Positions 1-13,371 of a stretch of 64,000 bases of DNA are shown one piece after another (positions within the stretch are counted from its first letter, which is position 1; each line of letters begins with the position of its first letter). The notes beneath the pieces are model-generated. The model saw nothing but the letters and a program-made list of their open reading frames with translations, made no database searches and was not told where the DNA came from. The translations under genes were made by a program, and so were the position numbers. Source of the stretch: Anaeromyxobacter sp. (lineage in GTDB: Bacteria; Myxococcota; Myxococcia; Myxococcales; Anaeromyxobacteraceae); contig JASGJN010000022.1 of assembly GCA_049840735.1 (NCBI GenBank), positions 160,001 to 224,000 on the forward strand, given 5' to 3'.

Positions 1-364
1 GGAGCGACTTGCGCCCCACGGCGACCAGGCGCCCGTCCGCCAGCAGGGCCGCCGAGTTGTAGACCCCGGGGGGCGGGGCGCCCTCGGGCGCCTCCGGGAA
101 CCCGAACACCACCGCCACCCCCCGCGACCACTCCGCCGGGGCAGCCAGCTCGGCCAGGGTGGCCTGCCCCCGCGCCAGGAACTCGGGCAGATCCAGGAAG
201 TCCCGCGGCGGGTAACCGCACAGCGCCAGCTCCGGGAAGACCACCAGCGTGGCGCCGGCGGCCCGCGCCTGGGCCGTGGCCTGCCGGATGCGGGCGGCGT
301 TCCCGGCGAAGTCCCCCACGGTGGTGTTCACCTGGGCGAGCGCGATGCGGACGGTCGTGGCCAT
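1..364 (-). CDS. nadE: Glutamine-dependent NAD+ synthetase, N-terminal nitrilase/glutaminase domain (runs off window start)
   Basis: Manual translation: MATTVRIALAQVNTTVGDFAGN...LVVFPELALCGYPPRDFL...YNSAALL...RKSL, typical NadE CN-hydrolase N-terminus. Confidence 0.85.
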   Translation of the reverse strand, partial: MATTVRIALAQVNTTVGDFAGNAARIRQATAQARAAGATLVVFPELALCGYPPRDFLDLPEFLARGQATLAELAAPAEWSRGVAVVFGFPEAPEGAPPPGVYNSAALLADGRLVAVGRKSL

Positions 365-391
365 GGCCGGAGATGCTACAGTAACCGCGCC

Positions 392-1264
392 ATGGCGCGC
401 CGCATCCTCGTCGCCGACGACTCGCTCTCCGTCCTCGCGGCGGTTCGCCGCGCGCTGGAGCCGGCGGGGTACGAGGTGGAGGCGCTGCCCCTCTCCGCCG
501 TCCCGCCCGCCGAGCCCTTCGGCGCCGCCGTGGTGCGCGGCACCGCCGCCGGCGCTCCGCTGGTGGCCCGGCTGCGCGCCGCCGACCCGCTGCTGCCGGT
601 GCTGGCCCTCTTCCACGACGAGGACGAGGCCGCGCAGCACGTGGCCAGTCCGGAGGCGGCCGGCGTGCTGGTGGGGCCGCTGCTGGCGCAGGCCGTGGTG
701 GGGGCGGTCCGCGCCGCCGAGGCGCTCGGCGACGCGCGCCGGCAGGTCCGCGCGCTGGAGGCCGGCCCGGCCGCCGCCCACGAGCTGGCCTTCTTCAAGC
801 GCATGATGCTGCTGGAGGTGAAGCGCTCGAAGCGCTACCGCTTCCCCGTCTCGCTCGCGCTGGTGGCGGTGGACGGCTGGCCGGCCCTCTCGGCCGGGCT
901 GGGCGCCGCCGGCAGCACCGCGCTCCTCTCCGAGCTGCTGGGGCTCCTCACCGCCTCGCTGCGCGACATCGACCTGGCGGTCCCCTTCGGCGAGGACCGC
1001 TTCGTGGTGCTCCTCCCGCACACGCCGCCCGAACAGGCGCTGGGCGCGGCGCGCCGCCTGGTCCGCAGGCTGCGCGATTGCGACGCCCAGCCCGCCCTCA
1101 CCGTCAGCGCAGGCGTGGCCGGCCACGCCGGCGAGGGCGCGCTCTCCTTCGGCGCCCTGGTCAAGCAGGCCGCCGCCGCGCTCACCCGCGCCCGCGCCGA
1201 GGGCGGCGACCGGGCCGAGCCGGCCGGGCCGCCCCCGCCGCGCAGCCGCATCTCGATGGGCTGA
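392..1264 (+). CDS. Receiver-like + degenerate GGDEF domain protein
   Basis: ILVADDS N-terminus; C-terminal EVKRSKRY..SLALVAVD..LRDIDLAVPFGEDRF..TVSAGVA GGDEF fold. Confidence 0.8.
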   Translation: MARRILVADDSLSVLAAVRRALEPAGYEVEALPLSAVPPAEPFGAAVVRGTAAGAPLVARLRAADPLLPVLALFHDEDEAAQHVASPEAAGVLVGPLLAQAVVGAVRAAEALGDARRQVRALEAGPAAAHELAFFKRMMLLEVKRSKRYRFPVSLALVAVDGWPALSAGLGAAGSTALLSELLGLLTASLRDIDLAVPFGEDRFVVLLPHTPPEQALGAARRLVRRLRDCDAQPALTVSAGVAGHAGEGALSFGALVKQAAAALTRARAEGGDRAEPAGPPPPRSRISMG

Positions 1265-1270
1265 GCGACC

Positions 1271-2248
1271 GTGCGCGCCCCGGTCCTGCTGGCGCTGCTC
1301 GGCGCCGCGCTCGCCTGCTCCCGCCCGGCCCCGCCGCTGCCGCCCGTCCGCCTCTTCGCCGGGCCCGGCCTCCCCGGCGCCGTGGTGCGGGAGGGCGCCG
1401 CGCGCGCCGGCCTCGCGGCGGTGACGCTGGTGGACTCGCCGGCGCAGGCTGAGCTGGTCTGGGTGGCCGATCCGGTGCAGGCGCTGGCGCTGGGCGAGCG
1501 GCTGGTGCCCGGCAGCGCCGCCGCGCCGGCCGGCGTCGACCACCGCTGGCTCGACCCGCAGGCCCGCTTCGCCCCGGGGCCGGCCCGCGCGCGCGTGCTG
1601 GTGGTGGCGCCCCGCGCGGCCCTGCCGTTCCAGCCGGTCAACGCCCGCGACCTGGCCGATCCGCGGCTCGCCGGCCGCGTCGTGCTGGCCCACCCGGCCC
1701 GCGGCGACGGGCCGGTGACGCTGGCCGCGCTGGCGCTCCGCTACGGCGACCGGAGCGCCGACCGCTTCCTGCAGCTGCTGGCGGCGAACCGGCCGCAGGT
1801 GGTGGAGACCGACGCCGAGGCCCGGGCCGCGGTGGCGCGCGGGCGCGCCGCGCTGGGCTGGACCAGCTCGCTGGAGGGCGCCGCCGGCGCGGCCAGCGCC
1901 GCTGGCCTGGAGGTGGTCTATCCGGACCAGGCCGGCGCGGGCGCGGTGGTGCTGCCCACCGCCGTGGCGCTGCTCTCCGGCGCCGGTCCGGACGCGAGCC
2001 TGCTGGCCGGCTGGCTGACGTCGCCGGCGGCCGAGCAGCTGCTGGTGGCGCGCGCGCCGGGCCTGCTGCCGCTCCGGCCCGAGGTGCCGGTGCCGGTCGG
2101 CGTCGAGCCGGCCGGGAACCTGCGCTGGCTGCGCCTGGACTGGGACCGGCTGGCCGAGACCACCCGCCGGCTCCAGCCGGATCTCGAGCGCTGGCCGGAC
2201 GCCTTCACGCAGGGTCCTGGCCTGTCCGGGGCGCGGCCTCGTCCGTGA
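1271..2248 (+). CDS. ABC transporter substrate-binding lipoprotein (Fe3+/thiamine-type)
   Basis: Lipobox ALAC; DLADPRLAGRVVLAHP and VVYPDQ..G motifs of AfuA-like SBPs. Confidence 0.7.
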   Translation: MRAPVLLALLGAALACSRPAPPLPPVRLFAGPGLPGAVVREGAARAGLAAVTLVDSPAQAELVWVADPVQALALGERLVPGSAAAPAGVDHRWLDPQARFAPGPARARVLVVAPRAALPFQPVNARDLADPRLAGRVVLAHPARGDGPVTLAALALRYGDRSADRFLQLLAANRPQVVETDAEARAAVARGRAALGWTSSLEGAAGAASAAGLEVVYPDQAGAGAVVLPTAVALLSGAGPDASLLAGWLTSPAAEQLLVARAPGLLPLRPEVPVPVGVEPAGNLRWLRLDWDRLAETTRRLQPDLERWPDAFTQGPGLSGARPRP

Positions 2249-2677
2249 TCAGCCGAGCCGGTCTGGCGACCCCGCGGGGACGCGGGTTCACGTTCAGTGA
2301 CGGGCCGCGACACCAGGGCCGCCTCGGTCGGGGCGCGACGAGACCCGTGCGAGCAGCGCAGCAGCGCGACTCGATCGCGGTGTTTTCACCCGCCGTCTGT
2401 TGTGCTGATAGGTGCCCCAAGGGAGGCAGTTCTCACACATTCTCAGTCTTCCGACCCCCTGGACCCGCACGGGAGGTAGACGGGAATTCACCTGTGAGAC
2501 CATGGCCTTATGAAATAGTTGGTAAAGGGGGGTGGCAACCGGAGGGGGCGTTATTATCGTCCCCATCGCTGGCGACGGCCGACCGAGCAGGGGTGCGCCG
2601 AGGGCACTTCGAGTCGTGCGGCCGTAGCGAAGCCAGCAACAAAGCCCCCAGCGGGGCAACCGGGGAAGGAAAGCACC

Positions 2678-3014
2678 ATGGCCCAGATCGATATCGAGAT
2701 TCCTGACGCCGTTCGCGGCCAAGTTCATGGAGGGCACGAGCCTCACGCCCGCCGAGCGCGCCGAGGTCCTCCGCATCGCCCAGGGCTTCGCCTGCAAGGA
2801 CTCCGCAGCCGCCGCCGGCGTGTCGCCCGAGACCATCCGGGCGCGCCGCAAGCGCATCTACCGGAAGCTGGACGTCCCGGGCTCCGGCGAGCTCCTGGCC
2901 AGCCTGCTCTCGCTCTCGCTCAAGATGCTCGCCAAGGGCGAGCGGATCGAGCCGCGTCCGGTCGCTCCGGCGCAGCCGCAGCAGGCGGTGGCCCAGCCTG
3001 CCGTGATGCGCTAG
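2678..3014 (+). CDS. Small LuxR-type HTH regulator (apparent +1 error at 2698-2702 GATTC)
   Basis: RBS GGAAGGA + ATG; removing one T gives [36 protein letters not shown]...[20 protein letters not shown]. Confidence 0.75.
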
Positions 3015-3039
3015 CGCTCCGTCGCAGCCACAGCAGCAC

Positions 3040-3070
3040 GAAGGCCACCGCGGGGGCGCGGTGGCCTTTC
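3040..3070. terminator. Hairpin between convergent genes, probable terminator
   Basis: AAGGCCACCGCG-GGGG-CGCGGTGGCCTT perfect stem. Confidence 0.7.
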
Positions 3071-3148
3071 GTGTTCCTGGGCTTCCTGATCCCGGGCCCG
3101 CAGTCCGGCCGCCCCGCCCTGGCGAGCGGGACGGCGCGCCGCTGGCGC

Positions 3149-5153
<2,005 letters not shown>

Positions 5154-5295
5154 GGTGTGCTCCTCTAGGGGAAACGAGATGTTCCGGCTGGTTGTCCTTC
5201 AACGGACGCGCCCGATCAAGGGGAGAAGCCGGGGCCTGTGCGCCTGGAGGTCGGCTTGACAGGGCCGCGAGCGGCGCCATGTTGGGCGTCAGCCC

Positions 5296-5733
5296 ATGAC
5301 CATCCGGAAAGACTACATCCTGCGCATGATCGAGGAGCTGGCGACGGCCGTGGCCCGGGCCATGGGGTTCCGTCGCCAGGGGCTCCTGGACGAGGCCATC
5401 CGGGTGGTCGAGGAGGCCTCCCGGAGCGTGGTCGGCATGGACCTGGAGCTGGCCGGCGCGGTGGACGCCGCCACGCTGGCCGGCATGCTGACCGATCCCT
5501 CGCGGATGGCCGCCCTGGCCCGCCTCATGCTCGAGCGGGCCGAGATCGCCGCCGACCTGGGCGACGGCGCGCTGGATGCGGCCTGGCGCCGCCGGGCGGT
5601 CGAGCTGTGGCTGGAGGCCTTCGCCGCCGGGGGCGAGGCGCGCCTGGACGCGGTGGCGCGGGAGGCCGTGGTCACCGCCCCGGAGGACGCGCTCTCGCCG
5701 CGCGCCCGGGCGCTCCGGGCGCAGCTGGGCTGA
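5296..5733 (+). CDS. Hypothetical helical protein (DUF6483-like)
   Basis: MTIRKDYILRMIEEL N-terminus; upstream TTGACA at 5256-5261. Confidence 0.6.
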   Translation: MTIRKDYILRMIEELATAVARAMGFRRQGLLDEAIRVVEEASRSVVGMDLELAGAVDAATLAGMLTDPSRMAALARLMLERAEIAADLGDGALDAAWRRRAVELWLEAFAAGGEARLDAVAREAVVTAPEDALSPRARALRAQLG

Positions 5734-6498
5734 CTACCACCAGCGGCGCCGCCGCCAGCCGGACGGCGACAGGAGCAGCACCGCCAGCCCCACCGCCAGC
5801 GCCACGGCCGGCCCGCGCCCGCCGCGCAGACCGCCGGCCAGCCCCCAGCCCGCCAGCCCCAGCAGCAGCACCCCGGCGCCCACCGCGGCGGGCACCTGCC
5901 AGGCCTCCGGCAGCAGCCGCAGCACCTTGAGCCCCAGCGGCGTCCCGTCATGCCCGCCGCGCCAGCCGCCTCCCCAGCCGCCGTCGAGCCCATCCAGCCG
6001 GCGCCGCTCCAGCTGGCCCACCTCGCGCGCCATCGACTCCGCCGCCGCGCGCCGGGCCTGCGCGGCCTCGGCCCGGGCCTGCTCCTCGGCGGCGCGGCGG
6101 TAGGCGTGCTGCTCCTCGGCGCGCGCGTCCTCGGCCTGCCGGTCCTGCCAGAGCCGCTCGTTGTAGGCGTGCTGCTCCGGCGTGTCGAGGTCGGCGCTGC
6201 AGCCGCCGCAGCGGGTGACGAAGAGGCCGTTCTCCATCCCGCAGCGCAGGCAGCGGTTGACCGGGCGGCGCCCGGCGGTGTCCGCCAGCTCGATGACCGG
6301 CTCCGGGTCCGGGCCGAAGCGGCCCAGCTCGGCGCCGCTGCGGCGCGGGGGGGCCGGGGCCGCGGGAGGGCGCGGACGCTCCACGCCCTCGAAGCGATCC
6401 GCCACCGTCGAGTCGTCGTCAGCCGCTGGCTCGGGCTCGCCGTCCGGCCTGCGGGCGCGCTCGAGGTGCAGGAAGCGGCGGAGCTTGCGGTCGGACAC
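5734..6498 (-). CDS. Hypothetical protein with zinc ribbon, coiled coil and C-terminal TM helices
   Basis: CLRCG..CGGC, Ala/Glu-rich helix, two hydrophobic segments; directly downstream of the AAA ATPase. Confidence 0.65.
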   Translation of the reverse strand: MSDRKLRRFLHLERARRPDGEPEPAADDDSTVADRFEGVERPRPPAAPAPPRRSGAELGRFGPDPEPVIELADTAGRRPVNRCLRCGMENGLFVTRCGGCSADLDTPEQHAYNERLWQDRQAEDARAEEQHAYRRAAEEQARAEAAQARRAAAESMAREVGQLERRRLDGLDGGWGGGWRGGHDGTPLGLKVLRLLPEAWQVPAAVGAGVLLLGLAGWGLAGGLRGGRGPAVALAVGLAVLLLSPSGWRRRRWW

Positions 6499-6501
6499 GG
6501 G

Positions 6502-8059
<1,558 letters not shown>

Positions 8060-8183
8060 CCAGGCCAGTCTAGCAGAGCGGCGCCGGGGCGCCTGTGGCA
8101 GGAGGTGCGACCCGTGCCCTGCGCCCGCCGCGGGCCCCAGCGGGCCGCGACCCGCGGTACGGCTCCGCGGGTAACCTGCCGGC

Positions 8184-9125
8184 GTGCGCGCCATCCTCTA
8201 CGACCGCTACGGCCCCGCCTCGCTGCTCCGGCTCGCCGAGGTGCCCGAGCCCGGCCCGCTCCGGCGCGGCCAGGTGCGCCTGCGGATCGCCTGCGCCGCG
8301 CTCAACCCGAAGGACGCGTTTGTCCGCAAGGGGCGCTTCCGCGCGCTGAGCGGGAGCGGCTTCCCGAAGCGCTGCGGCGTGGACGCCGCCGGCGTGGTGC
8401 TGGAGAGCCGCGCGGCGCACCTCGTCCCCGGCCAGCGCGCCTTCGGCTTCCTGGAGGAGTGGCGGCTCCGGCGCGGCACGCTGGCGGAGCAGGCGGTCTT
8501 CGAGGGGCACGAGCTGGCGGCCACCCCGGACGGCGTGGACGACGCCGCCGCGGCCGGCATGGCGCTGGCGGGCTCGACCGCGCTCCAGGCGCTCCGGGAC
8601 CTGGGGCGGCTCCGGCCCGGGCAGCGGGTGCTGGTGAACGGCGCGTCGGGCGGGGTGGGCACCGCGGCGGTGCAGCTGGCGAGGCTCTTGGGCGCGGAGG
8701 TGCACACGCTCACCGGGCCGGCCAACCGGCCCCTCTGCGCCGAGCTGGGCGCGCACGCCGCCTGGAGCTACGAGGAGGACGCGTGGAAGGGGCAGGGGCC
8801 GTTCGACCTCGTCTTCGACGTGTTCGGCAACCTGGCGCTCGCCGGGCTCCGCCCGCTGCTGGCGCCCGGCGGCCGGTTCATCAGCACCGTCCCGACGCCC
8901 GGGCGGCTCTTGCGCGAGGGGCTGGCCCGGCTGACCGGACGCGGCGAGCGGCTGGTGGTGGTCCGCCCCCGGACGGCCGACCTGGCGCAGCTCGCGGCCT
9001 GGCTCGCCGGCGGCCGGGTGCGGACCATCATCGACGCGCGCTTCGCGCTCGCCGACCTGCGCGCGGCCTTCGCGCGGCTGGAGAGCAAGCGGACGCGGGG
9101 GAAGATTGTCATCGACGTGGGCTGA
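8184..9125 (+). CDS. NAD(P)-dependent oxidoreductase, MDR/quinone oxidoreductase family
   Basis: ALNPKD, VLVNGASGGVGTAAVQLA, C-terminal RGKIVI. Confidence 0.9.
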   Translation: MRAILYDRYGPASLLRLAEVPEPGPLRRGQVRLRIACAALNPKDAFVRKGRFRALSGSGFPKRCGVDAAGVVLESRAAHLVPGQRAFGFLEEWRLRRGTLAEQAVFEGHELAATPDGVDDAAAAGMALAGSTALQALRDLGRLRPGQRVLVNGASGGVGTAAVQLARLLGAEVHTLTGPANRPLCAELGAHAAWSYEEDAWKGQGPFDLVFDVFGNLALAGLRPLLAPGGRFISTVPTPGRLLREGLARLTGRGERLVVVRPRTADLAQLAAWLAGGRVRTIIDARFALADLRAAFARLESKRTRGKIVIDVG

Positions 9126-9128
9126 ACC

Positions 9129-9581
9129 TCAGCCCTTGCTCCCCCGCTCCAGCCAGGCCAGCGTCACCTTCCGCCCGTCCACGTCCAGCGCCGCCACCGC
9201 CCCCGGCTTGACCTCCAGCTCGCGCCCGGCCGCGTCGCAGATCACCTCGGCGAACTCCGGGTTGTGCCCCACCAGCGCGGTCCCGGTTCCGGCGGCCCGG
9301 ACCAGCGAGAGCACGTCGCGCGCGCTGGCGGCGCCCGAGGCCAGCCCCGGCTCCTCCTCGACCGGCGCGCCGGTGGCGCCGGCCAGCAGCTCGGCGGTCT
9401 GGCGGGCGCGGACGAACGGCGAGGTGACGATCCTCTTCACCGCCAGCCGCTCGCCCAGCTCGGCCAGCCCGCGGTTGAAGCGGGCCCGCCCCTCGGGCAG
9501 GAGCCGCCGGGCGGCGTCGCCCTGGGCGTGGTGCCCCTCGGCCTTGGCGTGGCGGATTAGGTAGACGCGGCGGGCGGTCAT
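9129..9581 (-). CDS. sixA: Phosphohistidine phosphatase SixA family
   Basis: LIRHAKA, TSPFVRARQTA, LVGHNP. Confidence 0.85.
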   Translation of the reverse strand: MTARRVYLIRHAKAEGHHAQGDAARRLLPEGRARFNRGLAELGERLAVKRIVTSPFVRARQTAELLAGATGAPVEEEPGLASGAASARDVLSLVRAAGTGTALVGHNPEFAEVICDAAGRELEVKPGAVAALDVDGRKVTLAWLERGSKG

Positions 9582-9597
9582 GTGCGCTCCCGGCGGC

Positions 9598-10926
9598 TCA
9601 GGTGCCGGCCACCATCACGCCCTCGAACACCAGCGTGGGGGTGCGCACCGAGCTGTAGGGATAGGGATTGTCGCCCACCGCCGCCAGCCGCTTCCAGAGG
9701 TCCAGCAGGTTGCCGGAGAGGTTCATCTCGCCGAACGGGCCGGCCAGCTGGCCGTCCACGATTCCGAAGCCCTGCACGCCCAGCGACAGGTCGCCGGTGG
9801 TGGCGTTGGAGTTGCCGCCCAGGAAGCCGGTCACCAGCAGGCCGTCCTTCACGTCGGCGAGCAACGCGGCGCGGCCCTTCACGCCCGGCGTGAAGACCAG
9901 GTTGGAGGGTCCGCCGGTGGTCGGCGCCATGCCGAGCTTCCGCCCGTAGTAGGTGTCCACGTAGTAGTCTCTTCAGCACCCCCGCCTCGACCACCGCGAA
10001 GCGGTGCGCCGCCAGCGCCTCGCCGTCGTGCCGGCGCGAGCCGAGGCCGCCCTTCAGGAAGGGGTCGTCGGTCATGGTGAGCAGCGGCGAGGCGACCGCC
10101 TGCCCCAGCTTGCCCTCCAGGAAGCTCCGCTTCTGCTGGAGCGCACCGGCCCCCGTGGCCTGCAGGAACGCGCTCACCAGCCGCCCCGCGGCCCGCCGGT
10201 CCACCACGATGGTGCGGGTCCCGGTGGCCACCTTGCGGGCGCCGACGCGGGCGGCGGTGCGCTCCATCGCCTGCCGCCCGATCCCGGCCACGTCGCCGAG
10301 ATCGGAGGCGTGGTGGCCGCCCCTGGCGTCCCAATCCTCCGGCCTCCGGCCGTCGGGGTCCCGGACCGAGGCCTCGGCGCCGAGGCCCAGAAGGTGGTCG
10401 AGCGCCGGGTGGCCTCGAAGCCGTCGGAGTGGACGCGGGCCACCTCGGACAGGTTGTCCGAGTACGCGGCGGTCGCCGAGAGCAGCGCCCCGGCGCCCGG
10501 CGCGGCGCGGGCCGCGGCCTCGATTCGCTGGACCAGCGCCCGGCGGCGGGGCGCATCGACGGCGGCGTGGCCCGGGTCCTCCAGCTCGAGCTCCACCGGC
10601 GGCGCGAGCTTCAAGGCGCGCTCCGGCAGCTGCCGGGCCGGATCCTCCGAGAGCACCCGGGCCAGCGCCACCGCGTCCTCGACGAAGCGGGAGAGGGCGT
10701 CGGGCCGGAGGTCGCTCGTGACCACGCGCGAGTAGCGGCCGTCGACGTACAGCTCCAGCGCCAGGGCGCGGCTGGTGGCCTCGGAGAGCTTCTCCAGCTT
10801 CCCGTCGCGCCAGGAGACCTCGACGTCGCGGTCGCTCCCGAGGGTGGCGGCCGCCGCGGCGGCGCCGCTGCGGGTGGCGAGGGTGACGGCCTGGCGGGCG
10901 TCGTCGAGCAGCGATGGGGTCTTCAT
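9598..10926 (-). CDS. pmbA: TldE/PmbA family protein (frameshifted near 9965 and 10385)
   Basis: RDGKLEKLSEA, SFLEGKLGQAVASPLLTMTDDP, NATTGDLSLGVQGF, C-terminal TPTLVFEGVMVAG across frames. Confidence 0.8.
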
Positions 10927-10935
10927 CGGTGGCTC

Positions 10936-12482
10936 CTAGCCCTGCTTCGCCTGCCCGCCAACGGTGATGGACGAGACGCGGACGGTGGGGATGCCCTGCG
11001 AGACCGGCACGCTCTGGCCGTCCTTGCCGCAGGTCCAGCCGCCCTCGTCGATGACCAGGTCGTTGCGACCATGTCCATCTGCTCGAGGACCTTGGGCCCG
11101 TTGCCGATGATGTTCATGTCCTTGACCGGCCGGGTGAGCTTGCCGTCCTCGATGAGGTAGCCGTTCTTCACGTAGAAGGTGAAGTCGCCGGCGCCGATGT
11201 TCACCTGGCCGTTGGTGAAGTTCTCGCAGTAGATGCCCTTCTTCACGCAGCCGATGATCTCCTCGCGCGCGTGGGGCCCGGGCTCCATGTAGGTGGAGCG
11301 CATGCGCGGCATCGGCGCGTGGCTACGATTCCCGCCGGCCGTTGCCGGTGGGCTTCAGCTGTAGTGCTTGGCGCTGATGGGGTCGTGCAGGTAGGTGGTC
11401 GAGCACGCCGTTCTCGACCAGGCGGGTCTGCCGGCCGAGTTCCCCTCGTCGTCCACGTTGAGGGCGCCGCGTGGCGCGGACGGTGCGCGTCGTCGACGAT
11501 GTTCACGAACGGCTCGGCGATCGGCTTGCCGACCTTGTCGGTGTAGATGGAGATGTCCTTGCGGTTGAAGTCGGCCTCCATGCCGTGGCCGATGGCCTCG
11601 TGGAGGAGGATGCCGGAGGAGCCGGCGGCCAGCACCACCGGCATCTCGCCGGCTCGGCGCCGACCGCGTCGAAGAGGATCATGGTCCGCTGACCGCCTGG
11701 CTCGACCAGCCGGTCGAGCCGCTCCTGCGTGTAGAACTCGATCCCGTCGCGGGCCGCGATGTTGTAGTCGTCCGACTCCCGCCGCCCGCCCTGCTCGGCG
11801 GTGCAGGCCACGGTAGGCGCGGGTCATGGGCTGCACGTCCTCCATGATGCGGCCGCGCGAGTCGGCGATCAGCACCGCGCCGGCCTGGTCGCTGAACGAG
11901 ACCGTAGACCTTCAGGATGCGCCTGTCGGCGGCGAAGGCCCGCGCGTTCAGGTCCCTGAGGAAGGGCAGCTTGGTGGCCGGCCGGACGTCCTCCCAGCGC
12001 GTCTCGGACCGGGTAGCGGTCCGGCGAGCGGCCCTCGACGTGGAAGCTCCGCGGGGAGCGGACCTTCATGCGCGGCGGGCGTCGGAGATGGCCGCGGCGG
12101 TGCGGGCGCAGGCGGCCAGCGCGGCCGGCGAGAGGTCCTCGGTGTAGCCGTAGCCGGTCTGGTCCCCCTTCACCACCCGGACCCCGGCCCCCAGCTCCAC
12201 CCGGATGCCGGCCCGGTTGACCGCGCCGTCCTCCAGGATGAGGTCGTTCACGATCCGGTGCTGCACGAAGACGTCGGCCGCGTCGCCGCCTCGCTCCATC
12301 GCGACGGCCAGCGTGTCGGCCAGCAGCCTCTCGGTGATGCCGAAGCGGGCGAAGTAGCCGACCGCGCCGGTCCTGGCCTCGGCGCGGGCCGCGGTGAGGA
12401 GCGCGCCGGCGGAGAGGGCCGCCAGGCCGCCGCCGGTGAGCTCGAGGAACCTCCGCCTGCCGAAGCCGTCGTGCCGGTCCAT
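10936..12482 (-). CDS. tldD: TldD family metalloprotease with Tat signal (multiple frameshifts 11050-11950)
   Basis: GILLHEAIGHGMEADFNRK, MPRMRSTYM, FTNGQVNIGAGDFTF; N-terminal GRRRFLE. Confidence 0.85.
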
Positions 12483-12596
12483 GGGCGCTCCTGGGGGAGA
12501 AGGGCCCCGGCATTCTGCCCCAGCGGGCGGCCGCCTGCACGTCCGGGATCTCCCCCAGGGCCCCGCCCCCGTCGAGAGCAGCCGCCCTGGCCCGCC

Positions 12597-13367
12597 TCAC
12601 GGCGCGCGCGACCCGGGCCCCGCCACCGCCTCCGCCCCCACGATCAGCCCCACCACCTCGTCGGCCGTGGTCTCCTTCGCGACCAGCTCGCCCACCTTCT
12701 GCCCGCGGCGCAGCACGGCGATCCGGTCGGCCACCTCGAAGACGTCGAACATCTGGTGGCTGATGAGGATGATGCCCAGCCCTTGCGCCTTGAGCGTGCG
12801 CACCAGGTCGAGCACCTTGCGCTGCTCGGCGATGCCCAGCGCGGCGGTGGGCTCGTCCATGATCAGCACCCGGGCCTTCCAGTAGATGGAGCGCGAGATG
12901 GCCACGGCCTGGCGCTGCCCGCCGGAGAGGTTGCGGATGGTGGCGCGGAGCGAGGGGATGTGGATGTCGAGCCGGTCCAGGACCTTCTGCGCCTCCTCCC
13001 GCATGGCCGCGTCGTCCAGCACCGGGAGGAACCCCAGCCGCTTCCTGAGCCGCTCGCGCCCGAGGAAGATGTTGGCGCCCACGTCCAGGTTCTCGGCCAG
13101 GGCCAGGTCCTGGTAGATGGTCTCGATGCCGGCCGCCAGCGCGTCCATGGGCGTGGCGATGCGGGCCGGGTTCCCCTCGATCAGGATTCGCCCGGCGTCC
13201 GGCGGGTAGACGCCGGAGATCATCTTGATGAGGGTGGACTTGCCGGCGCCGTTGTCGCCCAGCAGCGCCAGCGCCTCGCCCGGCCGCACGGCGATGGAGA
13301 CCTTGTCCACCGCGGTCAGGCCGCCGAAGCGCTTGGTCAGGTCCCGGGTCTCGAGCAGGAACGCCAC
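12597..13367 (-). CDS. Sugar ABC transporter ATP-binding protein
   Basis: GDNGAGKST, LSGGQRQ, IMDEPTAAL. Confidence 0.95.
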   Translation of the reverse strand: MAFLLETRDLTKRFGGLTAVDKVSIAVRPGEALALLGDNGAGKSTLIKMISGVYPPDAGRILIEGNPARIATPMDALAAGIETIYQDLALAENLDVGANIFLGRERLRKRLGFLPVLDDAAMREEAQKVLDRLDIHIPSLRATIRNLSGGQRQAVAISRSIYWKARVLIMDEPTAALGIAEQRKVLDLVRTLKAQGLGIILISHQMFDVFEVADRIAVLRRGQKVGELVAKETTADEVVGLIVGAEAVAGPGSRAP

Positions 13368-13371
13368 GGCC

